Part shown: positions 47,344-59,184 of the stretch, one piece after another
Numbering within the stretch: the stretch's first letter is position 1
Layout: every line of letters begins with the position of its first letter
Origin: Lepidodermella squamata
Taxonomy: Eukaryota > Animalia > Gastrotricha
NCBI GenBank assembly: GCA_047495785.1
Contig: JBLDXI010000033.1
Coordinates: 1,488,001 to 1,552,000 of the forward strand
Direction: 5' to 3'
Length of the DNA: 64,000 nt
Notes under the pieces: generated by a model
The model's input: only the letters and a program-made list of their open reading frames with translations
Databases searched by the model: none
What the model was told of the DNA's origin: nothing
Translations under genes and position numbers: made by a program

Positions 47344-50300
47344 ATGACTCAAATCAACCACTTCTACGCGCTTGTTTTTTTCGCCTTCGTTGCGACCGTT
47401 CGCAAATGCAGCGGTCAAGTATTTGGGTATGTTAGCCATCATTTAGAAGCTATCTCACCTGGCAATTAAATCACCACTATTGTAACCTCAGATGCCAGCC
47501 TCAACAATATGATACCCACTGCTATCAGTTACAAGGAATAGGAAAATGCTGTTTCGGTGAACCGTTGCCGCCCATTGTGTCACCCGACGGCGTTACTTTC
47601 CGAGTCTTCAACCGGTCAACCAACAAATTCGATTCATTCTCCCCAGAACATTCTCAGTAAGTTTTAATTAATAAAAAATCCAATTTTTCTCCAAGTCCAC
47701 TAGTAGTCCCAATTCACTTGACGAGATTTCCAACATTTTATGTGTACGCTAATTAAGGCTGGCAATGCGATGTCATCCATTCCAGAACGCGGTCAAAATT
47801 TTTTTTCCAAAAAAGTATCGCTTCTCGGCCTTTTTGGCTATGATCAAAGTGTAGTATCTGTTCTTTGTAGTTTAATATCTACAACGCCCTCCATGTGGGG
47901 GCTACGATATTGACCCGATTTTTGGCCGCCCGGGCAGGTGTCGCCAGCTTGCTGGACCCTGTCCACGAGTCGGCCCGGTATTGCAGTACCTCCGGGATTC
48001 GGCTCACCCCCATTCGTGGGGGAATGAAACTAAAAACAAAAAACACCTTGAAACCAGGCTGAGATCAATCTTATTATTGGGATTGGGGGTTATTTTCGAA
48101 GCCGTCTTTATCGATATCGCCTGGAAATGATTTCAACTTTATTGCACTAAAGTCGGCTTCATCTCGCAAGCATAATTGTACTACGGTCGATAAATGTTCT
48201 ATAACGGCCGATTTTTGACCGAAATCAAACGTTTTGACCTCAAAAACACATGTTGACCTATTTATATAACGAATTAGAGCAATAAAAGGTTTTATTGCTG
48301 TTAAGAGGCTGTCAAAGAAGAAGGTCACAGCTAATGATGAGCAATGTACTTGCGCCTGGTTTTTATGCCACATAAAGCTGGCTTTATCGATAGTCGGTTT
48401 ACCATAAAGACAGCTACGAAAATAACCCCCATTGGCAATTCCCGCATTCTTTTAGCTTCTCACCTGAAGCTCAGCATTGCTAGTTGAAAATTGCGTTAAA
48501 TTTTGTTGTTGAAAATGCATAAAAAATATCTTTCAAATATCAATCTTTGATCGCAACTGATTGCTGAAATCTGAAGTCAGTTTTATGCTGAATTCATTTT
48601 GTTTCTCTACTTTTTGCTAGTATCGAACGGTGCGTGTTCATCCTCGTTCATGGGCACATGTCCAGTTCGCGCGCCAAGTGGCTGCTCGACGTTGCGAAAC
48701 GCATCCACCGCGTCGGCCAGTGTCTCGTACAGAAGAACGAATACGCGAGCATGGGCGCGAGCAAGGGCATCGACACGCTACAGGGCACAGTTGTCAGCTA
48801 CAACACCGACATGCCACACATTCTCGTACCGCCAACCGTCATAGCCATCGACTGGTCACGACCGGCTGCGCCAATGTACGAACAAGCGGCGGCTAACGCT
48901 AAGGCAGTAGGCCGTGCGGTTGGGACAATCTTGGCTGCTAGCCAACTTTTCACAACTTGGCGGCCGAAGATTCACTGTATAGGCCAGGGCCTGGGCGCGC
49001 ATGTCTGCGGAATAGCTGGTTCAGTGTACGGTGACTTCAAACGCATCACTGCACTCGACCCGGCCAGACCGCTGTTCGAAGAGAGCGAAGACGGTATCCA
49101 CTTCCATCCAAGTCTAAGGCTTGACAAATCAGACGCTTCATTCATCGATGTTATTCATAGTAAGAATATTTTAATTTAATTTAATTTATTTTATTCAATT
49201 TAATTTTTTATTATTTCCAGCTACGGCGAGACTTGGCGCACAAGCTCCGATTGGCCATGTTGACTTTTACGTAAATGGCTTAAGAAATGGGACTTTGATC
49301 CGTCATTCTCAGCCATTTTGCAATACCGAACTCGATGTGAACAAAACTAGATGTAAGTTTTTGCTTACAAATTACAGTGCTTACTTCAAAAAGCTTATGA
49401 ACTTTAAAAATTTATAAATTTTCGTAAAATTATTTCATTGACGATTTTAATTTAAATTTCTAAAATTATTAATTACCGATTTATCATTTTTTATTTAAAT
49501 TTATTAAATTTACCGGATTTATTACCGGATTTATTACCGATTTATCATTTTTTTATGTAAATTTTTTAAATTTAAATTTATTTAATATTTGCAGTGTGCA
49601 GTCAAAACCGCGCGCATGAAATTTTCCGCGACTCGTTTTTGAGGCGCTGCTATTTCGGCAAATGTTCCGATGCGCCAAAGTCATTACAAGCCCGAAAGTG
49701 CGAAGTTGGCTGGCGGTCTTACAAATGCGTCCAACACGGCGTTTATTGCGGCGCCACTGACATAGACCCAACTACGTCCGAAATCACGTGCGCCGACACG
49801 ATTGGCGACGATCGAGATGCGAACGGGACTTTAATCGAATTACCTGCTACCGTCACGCCGAAAACTACGCCATCAGTGACAGCGGAATTTCTCGAAACAA
49901 TCAACCCGGATCAGCGGAAATTTCGCGTTTCCATGTCTCATCATAACGTAGTGCCTAGCGCTCACCCATTAGTTGCGGCGAAAAAACTCCACGGCGCTGC
50001 CACAATTGACGTAGAACCGCCGAATAAACGGAAACCAACTACGACAACAACAACGACTACTACAACCACGACGACTCAACCTACGACTTCTATTGCAGCA
50101 ACGACAGAATTACCGTACTACGACGCGACCGTAACTGAATACCCGGAAATGTTGCCAACAGCCGGATATTACAACCCTGTGGCTCAAATCAAGAAAACCG
50201 AACTAGTCCTACCGCCGCATAGTTGGGAGCAAACTTCCCCGAAAGCTTTGTCTCGGTTTCAAAAATTGAGAGGCAATTGCCGCGGAATCGCTATCGGAAC

Positions 50301-50478
50301 AGCCCCGCTTGATTTGAATCTGGAAGCCTGCGCCCAGGCGTGTCTCATGCGCCGTGAATGTGCCGGCTTTTCTTACTACATCGAGAATCACGGCTCAACT
50401 TCGCCCTGCATTCTGAAAGCGACCGGTTGCCCGGACCCTGAACCGGCGCTTTTCACCTTTTTCCGTCGGCTAAATTGA
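47344..50478 (+). CDS. Pancreatic-lipase-like pseudoenzyme A with Thr-rich linker and C-terminal PAN/apple-like domain; 5 exons
   Basis: Signal peptide, LVHG, VIAIDW, HCIGQGLGAHVCG, RITALDPARP, RLDKSDASFIDVIH, GHVDFYVNG, CSQNRA; C-terminal CAQACLMRRECAGFSY...CILK. Confidence 0.85.
47817..48010 (+). ncRNA. U2: U2 spliceosomal snRNA
   Basis: ATCGCTTCTCGGCCTTTTTGGCTA, branch-pairing GTGTAGTATCTGTTCTT, stem IIa TTGTAG-TTTAATAT-CTACAA, Sm site GATTTTTGG, stem-loop IV CCCGG-TATTGCAGTAC-CTCCGGG. Confidence 0.97.
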
Positions 50479-50997
50479 AATGAATAAGTAGTTTCCGTTT
50501 GCGTACTGGAATTCTAAATTTTTCAAAACACAGCCTCGAAAATTTGGTCTATATGCCCTTATTTTCACCTACCAACTAATACAATATTCTAGGCTTTGTT
50601 GTTGTTCCCTGACTACCTGAGTTATCAATTTTTATTGTATATCAATTTTGCGTTCTTTCTCATTTCGTGTAATCTCATTGTTAAGTGTTGTACAGAGCGT
50701 AAGAATAAACACAACAATGATGAAACAATGAAGTTTGTAATTTACGCCGAGAGTTTAAGGCGGCCCCCGTGTCGAGCCGCGCTTGCCGGTATTGCGAGTG
50801 CGTTGTTGCGTGCCCGCGGCGTGGAGTGCGCGCTTAATTGCGCCGTTTTTTCTTAGCCTCGACGCGCGTGCACAGGCGGAGTCACGGCAGCAGCGACTCG
50901 ACGGGCCGACTCTACAATTAACATCTTCCATGTTTACACGCCGTTACAGGTGGGCCCCCGCCAATTTTACGCCAAACTGAATTGAGTAATAAAAATC

Positions 50998-51028
<31 letters not shown>
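50998..51028. repeat. (TAT)n microsatellite
   Basis: Read directly from the sequence. Confidence 0.9.
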
Positions 51029-51030
<2 letters not shown>

Positions 51031-51260
51031 GCTGGGTTTTTCAAAAACTTTCCTTCGTGCACTTGGAACGCGACGCCTTGTTTGGCTCTCGGCTGGTTAA
51101 ATAAACAGTTAATTATTTCGTTTATATCCGGTTTTGTCGAAACGAGAACACCTCTCAAGTATTTACCTGGCGCGAGTTTTTACAGAATAGGGTGCGTAAA
51201 CAACACCGGTCGCACAACCCGGTTTTCGCGCATCATTTTTTTTCGCCGCACCGGGAAACA

Positions 51261-53420
51261 ATGAAGTCACATTTAATTATAGCCGTCTCACTTCTGGCGT
51301 TGGTAAATCGACCTATTTCCGCGTCGCAGCATCTAATTAAGTAAGATACAATTGATACGTTTAACCGAGCGTTACATCGAAGCGTTTGTTAGCTGTCCAG
51401 GTGGGCGGTATTCGAATTGTTACAACCTGCCCGAAACAGGCAAATGCTGCTTCGGGCACGCTGAGGAGCCGGAAGTTCACGTCAATGACGTCGCGTTGTT
51501 GCTCTACGACAACGGCCTTCAACAGTTTTCGGGCAACACTCGCGTTGAACATTGCGTCTTCCTCATCGTTCACGACTATGTGTCGCAGGCGAGCGCGACT
51601 TGGATTTCAAACATGGCCTACTCGATCCAGAATATCGGTAAATGCATTGTCCAGTCGAAAGTCCTCGCACAGACGGGTAAAAGCCACCAAACTGATGCTA
51701 TGCGGCGAGAGCAGGTCTTGTACAACCCATCGATGCCTTACCGCAAGGTTGCGCCGACTATTATTATCGTCGACTGGGCAGGTCCGGCTATGACTCTGTA
51801 CCAAACAGCGGCAGGCGCTGCTCGAGTAGTCGGTCGAATTTTGGCTGAAAAACTGTCTATGCACCGGCATTTTGTCACTAAACGGCCGAATATTCATTGC
51901 ATTGGCGAGGGTAATAACGTTTTTCCTGTAATAAACGAATTAAATGACCTATTTTTTATGTCCAGGCCTCGGCGCGCACATTTGCGGCGTTGCGGGCGCT
52001 AATTACGCCCTGGGTGAGTTTATGCGCATCACCGCTCTCGATCCATCTCGCCCGCTGTTCGAAACGAGCGATGACGGCTTTGAGGTATCCTTCGAAGACC
52101 GACTTGATAGCTCAGATGCTAAGTTTGTCGATGTGTAAGTTGAGCGAAAGTTGTGGTTCTGAAATTATTAAGGTGGTTTTTTGTGTGCAAGGATTCACAC
52201 AACTGCAGACCTGGGATTCAATGCGCCCGTTGGTCACATCGATTTCTATGTCAACGGAGACCATGGCCGGACGAATATCAGTCAAATTCAATCGCAATGC
52301 CGAGAAGTTTTCGGAGGAGATCGAGATCATTGTAAGTTAACCTCCAAGAATTTCTAAAAATTGTCAATTTAATGATATTTTTGCAGTGTGTAGTCATAGA
52401 AGAGCTCGCGAGATCTTGCAAAGCTCCTTCCAGCGGCAATGTATGTTCCGTAGCTGTGGGAGTGATGGGGCGAATGAGGGCGAGCGATGCCTGGCTGGGT
52501 GGTCGTCCTATCGCTGCAAGGGCCAAGGGTCCTTCTGCGGGCATGTTGAAATCGACACAGCCGGGCTCGCTCAATGCCACGTCGACTCGTACACCGCCGA
52601 GGCGAGGCGAGTCGTGGCAGATGGGCCAGAATTGTCTCACATGCCTGCGACACCCGCCTCTTCTCATGTCCATCCAAGGAAGCCTGGGCCGTTACCGCCA
52701 AATCCGCCTTACTACGAAAGGCCCTCAAGGAAGCCGACTACTACGACCCCTCGAACGACAACTCCAACGATTACGACAACCCCCGAGCCAACGACAATGG
52801 AATACATGATGATAACGGACCCGCCGATTGAGACACCCGACTACCGAAGAATTGACGCTTATAACGCTTACAACAACTACAACCAGCCTTACCACCCTGA
52901 ATTCCATCGGCTGTCAGTTGTGAAACAGCCCCCGACTCCGGCTTATCCTGTCTATGAACCAGCGACGACAGAACGGCCTCATTTATTGCCTGGCTACGGG
53001 TCTTACGACTTGAAGTACCAGGGTGGCTACAACAACTACGGCAGTGGTAGCGGCGGCAGTCGGCGAATGCCCAATTACGACAACCAGGAGGTGATTAACC
53101 GCTACAATAGCAAGTACGCTAGCAACACCGAGCATCACCCGTCGCAACAGGCGCAGCAAAAGCCGTTCGAAACCAGGCCGTTGTTGTCGCTCAGCCTGTT
53201 CACGGATGTTGGCGGTAACTGCGCTGGCAATTCGATGATCACGCTGCCTGAGAAGACGATGGAGCAGTGCGCCAAGGCGTGTCTCGACGCGTTGGGCTGT
53301 GTCGGGTTTTCAGTGGAGCGTGAACACCAGGGCCCTGTGTTCACTTGCATCCTGAAATCGCAGGGCTGCGTCAAGCCGAACCCGCAGGGTGACTTCAAGT
53401 TCTACCGCCGCGAAATGTGA
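51261..53420 (+). CDS. Pancreatic-lipase-like pseudoenzyme B with Thr/Pro/Tyr-rich linker and PAN/apple-like domain; 5 exons
   Basis: Signal peptide, IIIVDW, HCIGEG|LGAHICG, RITALDPSRP, RLDSSDAKFVDV, GHIDFYVNG, CSHRRA; C-terminal CAKACLDALGCVGFS...CILK. Confidence 0.85.
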
Positions 53421-55155
53421 CTCAATTTAGGCCATGATACCTAAAACGCCTGAAGTCGTTATCTTATCTAGCTGTCAGATGATTGTGTTGTGAATTTTTC
53501 ATGCTAAAATAAAAATATTCAATTATATGTAATGCTTTGGTTTTAAAATCGCGGCTTAATTGCTGCGAAATGAGACGAGTCGATCGGGAACCAAATTAGC
53601 CTCTAATCCAATATTGACCATGGTCAATCATGAAGCGGTATTTGCTAAAATACTTTGACCCAGACTTATGCAAAATTGAGTCCTAGATATTGACGGAAAA
53701 CGAGGACTCTATTCCAGAACTTGCTTCTATCAGGATGTGCCAAGGGCAAACCCTAAATTTATAGGGTTCCGGCATCAGATTTTCTCAAAATTTGGTTTCT
53801 CGAGTTCTACGCATTTTTCAACATCATGCGTGACCAATAGATTCTCTGCTGCGCTCAAGTTTACGAGTTATCGATCTTTATCGTTTCCAAGTATCGATTT
53901 TACAGACCAGTGATTTTTCCGACATCAGATATCTTGAAAGTCAAGAGGAGTTTCGACATCATCGCTAATGGCACCAGGGATAGTTAAAATAAAAAATCCA
54001 TGGGGAAGAAGGGGGAGAGGGTGAGCCAATGATTGTCATCTCTGATCATATTGTAGGCCGGGTTTGCAAGGTCAAAGTACAACTCTAAAAATAGCGCGCG
54101 AAGTTTAAAAATAGCACTATTCAGTACCTTTCTATGCGTAGCCTTATTTTTCAAATTTTTCAGATTTTTCAAACTATTTTAGAAATTCCAGTATTAAAAT
54201 AACCCAGCATTTTCAAGATACATTTCAATAATCTGAAGAATTTGAAGAATTAGAAAAAAATAATCTAACAACTAACTGCAAGATCCCAATAGCGTGAATC
54301 ATGCTTTGGACGTTGACCTTACGAAACCCGGGCTACAAGGTCAGAACCTGGCAGAACCGGCAGAACCGGAATAGAGGGCAGAGGTTGCCGGGCGTTCGAA
54401 AAAATAAAAGACGTTGCCTTTTATAAATCGGTATTTATTATAATAAGGTGCTGAATGCTGAATTTTTTAATTGATTTTTAGGATTTTTTATCGTTTAATA
54501 GAATAATGTTGTTGTCTCTTGTTGCATTCTGAAGCTTTGCCAATTTTATATAATAATTAATCTGATTATTTACGATCGATTACACTCGGGAGTTACAGCC
54601 TGGAGAACAGGTATTACATTTTCGGTGGATTTAGGGATGACGTCGAGACCCGTAGTGGCAATAGTAAAAAGTGATCTTGTGTTATTTGAAACTGATCGAT
54701 TTAAACGTTAATCGAAGATCGGCGGCAATCCATTGCTCGAGAGAAAATCTCGCCTAAGCTTTTTATTACTATAAATAAATCGTTATTTCTCGTGAGCAAG
54801 AAAGTGCTGAGCAGCAGCAGCAGCGCCTACGTGCCGTCTCAAGTCATGTAAGTATTCGATTCTAAAGTAAAAACTACTTTTGTACTCGATTTTATTATTT
54901 CATCGCGACAAGACCGCACAGGTCCCTAAGGATCCAAGCACGATCACCCGCCTTAAAAATCACAGGACACGCGATGCGATATATACTAACGCATATATAT
55001 TGCCACCCCAAGGGACGGTCAAAATCATTGCGTGAAGAATTTTAGGCGTTATAGATGCATAACTATGCAATCACAGAGAGTGAATATCGAAAAAAAACTT
55101 GGCCGGGAAAAGTTATATATTTTTTATTCTCCAAACTAGAGATTTTTACGCTTCA

Positions 55156-55704
55156 ATGATCAGTTGTTCATTGTTCTTCCGAGCTCACGTTCTGCTGACT
55201 AGTTTGGTTGTACTACTGTCATCTTACATGTTCGGCCGGACATCTGGTATCCTATGCTACATCGGCTATAGCGAGCGGCGAAATCCGAAAAAAATGGAAA
55301 TGTCCGGATGCAGTGCATGTCGCATAGTTATTAAATTTGAAATACCGCCGCAACCCAACCACGACGCTCCAACTTTCCCATCAACACCCGAGCCAACCAT
55401 CCCAGCCTCAACTATCGTCCCGCTAGTAGGCGCAGCTCGAAAATCAGCAACACCCGCCGTCCCTATAGGCTTAATTGCTAACGAACAGCCGAGTGAAATC
55501 GGCTACACTTGCTTCACTACGGCGACTTTGGCTCGGTGTGAAAGGACATGTAGGTACCTCAGGGCTACCGTTGGGCCGAATGAAATTATCGGCGAGTGTC
55601 GTTGTTGTGTTACCGACCTTTGCAATGCAAGCAGCAGATCGAAAAGTATTTCAATATGTCTAACTTTTCTCGTTACTTTCATATCAAAAATAATGATTAA
55701 TTAG
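55156..55704 (+). CDS. Ly6/uPAR-like protein with a Pro/Thr-rich insertion
   Basis: LCY, CSAC, TCFT, ECRCCVTDLCN, hydrophobic tail. Confidence 0.8.
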   Translation: MISCSLFFRAHVLLTSLVVLLSSYMFGRTSGILCYIGYSERRNPKKMEMSGCSACRIVIKFEIPPQPNHDAPTFPSTPEPTIPASTIVPLVGAARKSATPAVPIGLIANEQPSEIGYTCFTTATLARCERTCRYLRATVGPNEIIGECRCCVTDLCNASSRSKSISICLTFLVTFISKIMIN

Positions 55705-55811
55705 GCCTATTTTTTATATATTAAAAATGAGAAACCTCTTGTGAGTGAGTTTTCGATTTTTCTGTCACGGCATTTTGACCTTCGACCAAGTTCCCGCTGA
55801 ATTTTTGTATT

Positions 55812-56282
55812 ATGCTAAAATTTATTATCATATCACATTTTTTAGGGCTCAGTGAAGCTTTACTTTGTTATCTTAGCTTCGGAAGAGGTGCGAAGCAGCA
55901 ATTAATTAAGGGAGATGGATGTGGGGCGTGCAGTTTGGTTAGAACCTATCGAATACCTGATAGGCTATTGCCGCAAGTTGAAAACTTGACCGATTTCAAT
56001 CAGCTGATACCCATGTCGCCTCATTTTGGCTGTTTTACAACAAAAGCTCCAAAACGATCTTGCGCGAGTCGATGCAGCCTATTGCGAATGCATCTGCTGT
56101 CAAACGAACGCATGGCTGAATGTAAATGTTGCTCGACACCACTGTGCAATTATTTCCCGATAAAAAGCAACAGTGTTTCTTCACTACCACCGCGCAAATG
56201 GCATGCGATAGTACTGATTTTGGCCTTTAAACTGGTTCTCTCTGTATATTACAGTGATTATATTTATTTCATCGAGCTTTAA
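55812..56282 (+). CDS. Ly6/uPAR-like protein
   Basis: LCY, CGAC, GCFT, ECKCCSTPLCN, hydrophobic tail. Confidence 0.8.
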   Translation: MLKFIIISHFLGLSEALLCYLSFGRGAKQQLIKGDGCGACSLVRTYRIPDRLLPQVENLTDFNQLIPMSPHFGCFTTKAPKRSCASRCSLLRMHLLSNERMAECKCCSTPLCNYFPIKSNSVSSLPPRKWHAIVLILAFKLVLSVYYSDYIYFIEL

Positions 56283-56543
56283 TGCAGCGTGCATATACAC
56301 GAAAGATTTCGGCACCGGGATTTCGTAGATACTTCCTGTCAGACTTAATACGCATTTATATAACACATTTACCTTATACTAATAAATATACGTATTTTTT
56401 GTTTATAACGCAGGAAGCCCCTGGTACGGGGGAATAAAGTGAATGTTATTCTTCCGGGCGCTAATTCCTTTATAAAGAACGCGCTTTCATGTGAATTAAG
56501 TGCCAGGTGCGGGATCAGATAGTATGAATCACTCGATTGAAAT

Positions 56544-57032
56544 ATGATTTTGTTGAGATATTCGCTACTTTTATGCGTCGCAGCCTTTAGCGAGGCTGGT
56601 ATTAACATCCCAGGTGATATCACGTGCTACGTCAGTTACGGCCATCGGACTAATGCTTACGTTACGGAAAGCGACGGCTGCCGAGTTTGCAGTTTAGTCC
56701 GGCGGTACCGCATCGCCACTTTTGGACAGGAACGACACGATCATGGCTCTTCGGCAGCTATCCAGTCCGTGCCTCAAGCCCACGTGCAGAATGTGCCGTT
56801 GGCGCCGATGCAGAGTTGTTTTACGTCGACGGCGAGGGGTGATTCGTCGTGTGAGGGCCAGTGCGAGCAGATGAAGGCGAATCCCACGCCGAATGAGTTC
56901 ATGGTCGAGTGCCGGTGCTGTACGACGGACCTGTGCAACAGCTTCGAGAGTGGCGCTAGTAGACTGAATACTACTGTGGCTTTTATTTTCTACTGCCTAT
57001 TTTTAGCATTCCTCTTCGCAGCTATTCAATAA
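56544..57032 (+). CDS. Ly6/uPAR-like protein
   Basis: TCY, CRVC, SCFT, ECRCCTTDLCN, GPI-signal-like tail. Confidence 0.82.
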   Translation: MILLRYSLLLCVAAFSEAGINIPGDITCYVSYGHRTNAYVTESDGCRVCSLVRRYRIATFGQERHDHGSSAAIQSVPQAHVQNVPLAPMQSCFTSTARGDSSCEGQCEQMKANPTPNEFMVECRCCTTDLCNSFESGASRLNTTVAFIFYCLFLAFLFAAIQ

Positions 57033-57374
57033 ATGCGATGAGAAGAGAAATGGATGATTGGCGAACAATCTTCTTCTTACAACAATCATTTTTACTTTTA
57101 GGTATATTCTCACGAGAATAACGGTGTCACACCATGGTCAACTATTCATCAAAGCATCAGAGGCTTTCTGATTGTTTTTGATGGTTCGAAGGCCGCTTGG
57201 ATTCCCCCGAAATTGTGTTCCAGACTGAGGAGGATACAAGAAACGCGCTGGAAATTGATGCTTTTTTTGTGATTTTCTTGTTCCTAGCGAAACGCCTGTG
57301 CGAAGCGAATATACCGTCCTGATGAATTTGACCGATGGTGGTTTGGAAAACGCGGTGTCATGCTGAAATTGATA

Positions 57375-57554
57375 CAGGGTGGCCAAAAAATTGGGCAGAA
57401 GACGAATTCGATGCGCATCAATTTAATGAGGAGTGTCAAGAAATTGAGGAGTTCCATTGGCAAAAGAATGCTTGAAATTCTTCAACTTCTTAAAACTCCT
57501 CATTAAATCGATGCGCATCGAATTCGCCTTCTGCCCAATTTTTTGGCCACCCTG
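57375..57554. mobile_element. Palindromic Tc1/mariner-type MITE
   Basis: CAGGGTGGCCAAAAAATTGGGCAGAAG... arms covering most of its length; TA on both flanks. Confidence 0.88.
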
Positions 57555-57651
57555 TAAAAATAATTTTAATTGCATTAATCGAAATTACAAAGATTTTCTC
57601 ACCTCCGGACACGTTGGCGGATGCGGCGTGATTGCAACCATTTTATTTATT

Positions 57652-58641
57652 TTAAAAAATGCCGGTACTATGAGACGGCGAGACGGTTGTCCGGTTGTCC
57701 GGCTGCGAGGGTTTCGGCCGTTTGCCTACAGCTCGAGCACGGCGCGTGGCTTGTTGGATGGCACGTTTGCTTGGCAACAAAGACGTAACAGCAATTGGCA
57801 AGCCTTCGGTCAGATCAAGCTGCAACCGATGAGGTTTATCTCGAGAATTTGCAGCACGAGTCTAAAGTTGAAAAATGAACCTTTGTATAATTGGTTTGGG
57901 GTGTTTTTGCGATAACTAACCTTCAACGCGTTCATAACCTTCTTCGCTTCATGTCGCTCGGGCATCGGGTCGTGATTGTCATCTTTCCAGGCTTTCTTCT
58001 CGAAAGACAACGGCAGTGGTAGCAATTGATTCGTCATGTAGGCCGAGGCGGAGCAATCGGTGTGATCAGCACATTTCAGCAGGATTTGATCATGCTTGGT
58101 TGATTTGTATAGGACAGAGTACCGGTAGCCTTCTCGCAGGTAATGCGTCGCGCCCATCTGAGATTTGAATGGCTCGAACTTATCGATTTGCGCGCCGGCA
58201 GCTTCTGCGATACCATTGCTATCGACTGGCGAGGCCAAATCGTTCATCGGTTCCGATTTTGGGGAAACAGGTGGAGGAGAAGCGGGAAGCGCGAGCTGGT
58301 CGAGTCCTATGCCCCCGGCGAGTGGTAAGGACGAGACGGTCGATTCGTTGCCAGGCGCATCATCGCCGTCAGGCTTCAACTCTAGGTCGCTGTAGTAGTC
58401 GTCTTGAACTTCAAGAACGCCAAAAGCCAAATTGATTGGACTTGAAATGATTAAAACGTTTGCTATGTCTGAAATTAGGTTAATAAAAGACTTACGGGTC
58501 TTGGGCTATAAATTCGGCCGATTCTTCAACGGTACGTTCAGCCTTAATCGTAACAATTGCGCCGGGTGTCCGACCGCGACCGCGCTTAGCTGGAGTAGCC
58601 TCGCTAGCAGCATTTTCAGGTTGGCGATGATTTTTCGCCAT
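57652..58641 (-). CDS. AT-hook plus FLYWCH-type zinc-finger protein, probably derived from a Mutator (MULE) transposase N-terminus; 3 exons
   Basis: Spliced by hand (introns 58441-58495 and ~57862-57920): KRGRGRTP; FKSQMGATHYLREGYRY...LKCADHTDCSASAY...NHDP; LKTRAANSRDKP...LLPSKRAIQQATRRAR; stop followed by AATAAA; no DDE domain. Confidence 0.65.
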
Positions 58642-59184
58642 TTTAATACAATATCGAGTATTTATAATTTGAAATGCGATTCAAATAAAACGAATCAGCA
58701 ATCAGCATGTCGATGCGCGCTATTTAAAAGCACACAAACACAAGATGACCTACAAGGCATGCAAATTATTGCGCAACACTTGGGCCGCGCGCACTAAAAA
58801 AATCAACTCTTTTTTTATTTTGCGTTGATGTGCTTTGTGGCCATTTAGCCCGCCGATGAGCGCACTTTGTTGCGTACCAATTTCTTTCAGGCCTTTTACT
58901 TTGTGGGGGCGCCGACTTTCGCTACTTGGATCTCTTGGACCCAAGCGGGAACATTTATCACGATTTAATCGCTCAAGATCAGCTGATTCCGATTAATACT
59001 CGTTCTGTTCCTCATTTTATTATTAAAATCAAGCCATGGCTACAATATCCAAGCTACTAGCAAGGCAGCTTTTCCCATATTTAGCGTACAAATTTGGAAA
59101 ACTTGCAATTTGCATAAAATTTTACTATTTTTTCACCTATCACTTATCAGTCAATTCAATTCATATCTAGCCATTTTTTGTTAT

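Noticed and set aside
57138-57641. Possible two-exon small gene with the MITE in its intron
   Set aside because: Splice sites are plausible, but it starts within the poly(A) signal region of the FLYWCH gene and the product has no recognisable features
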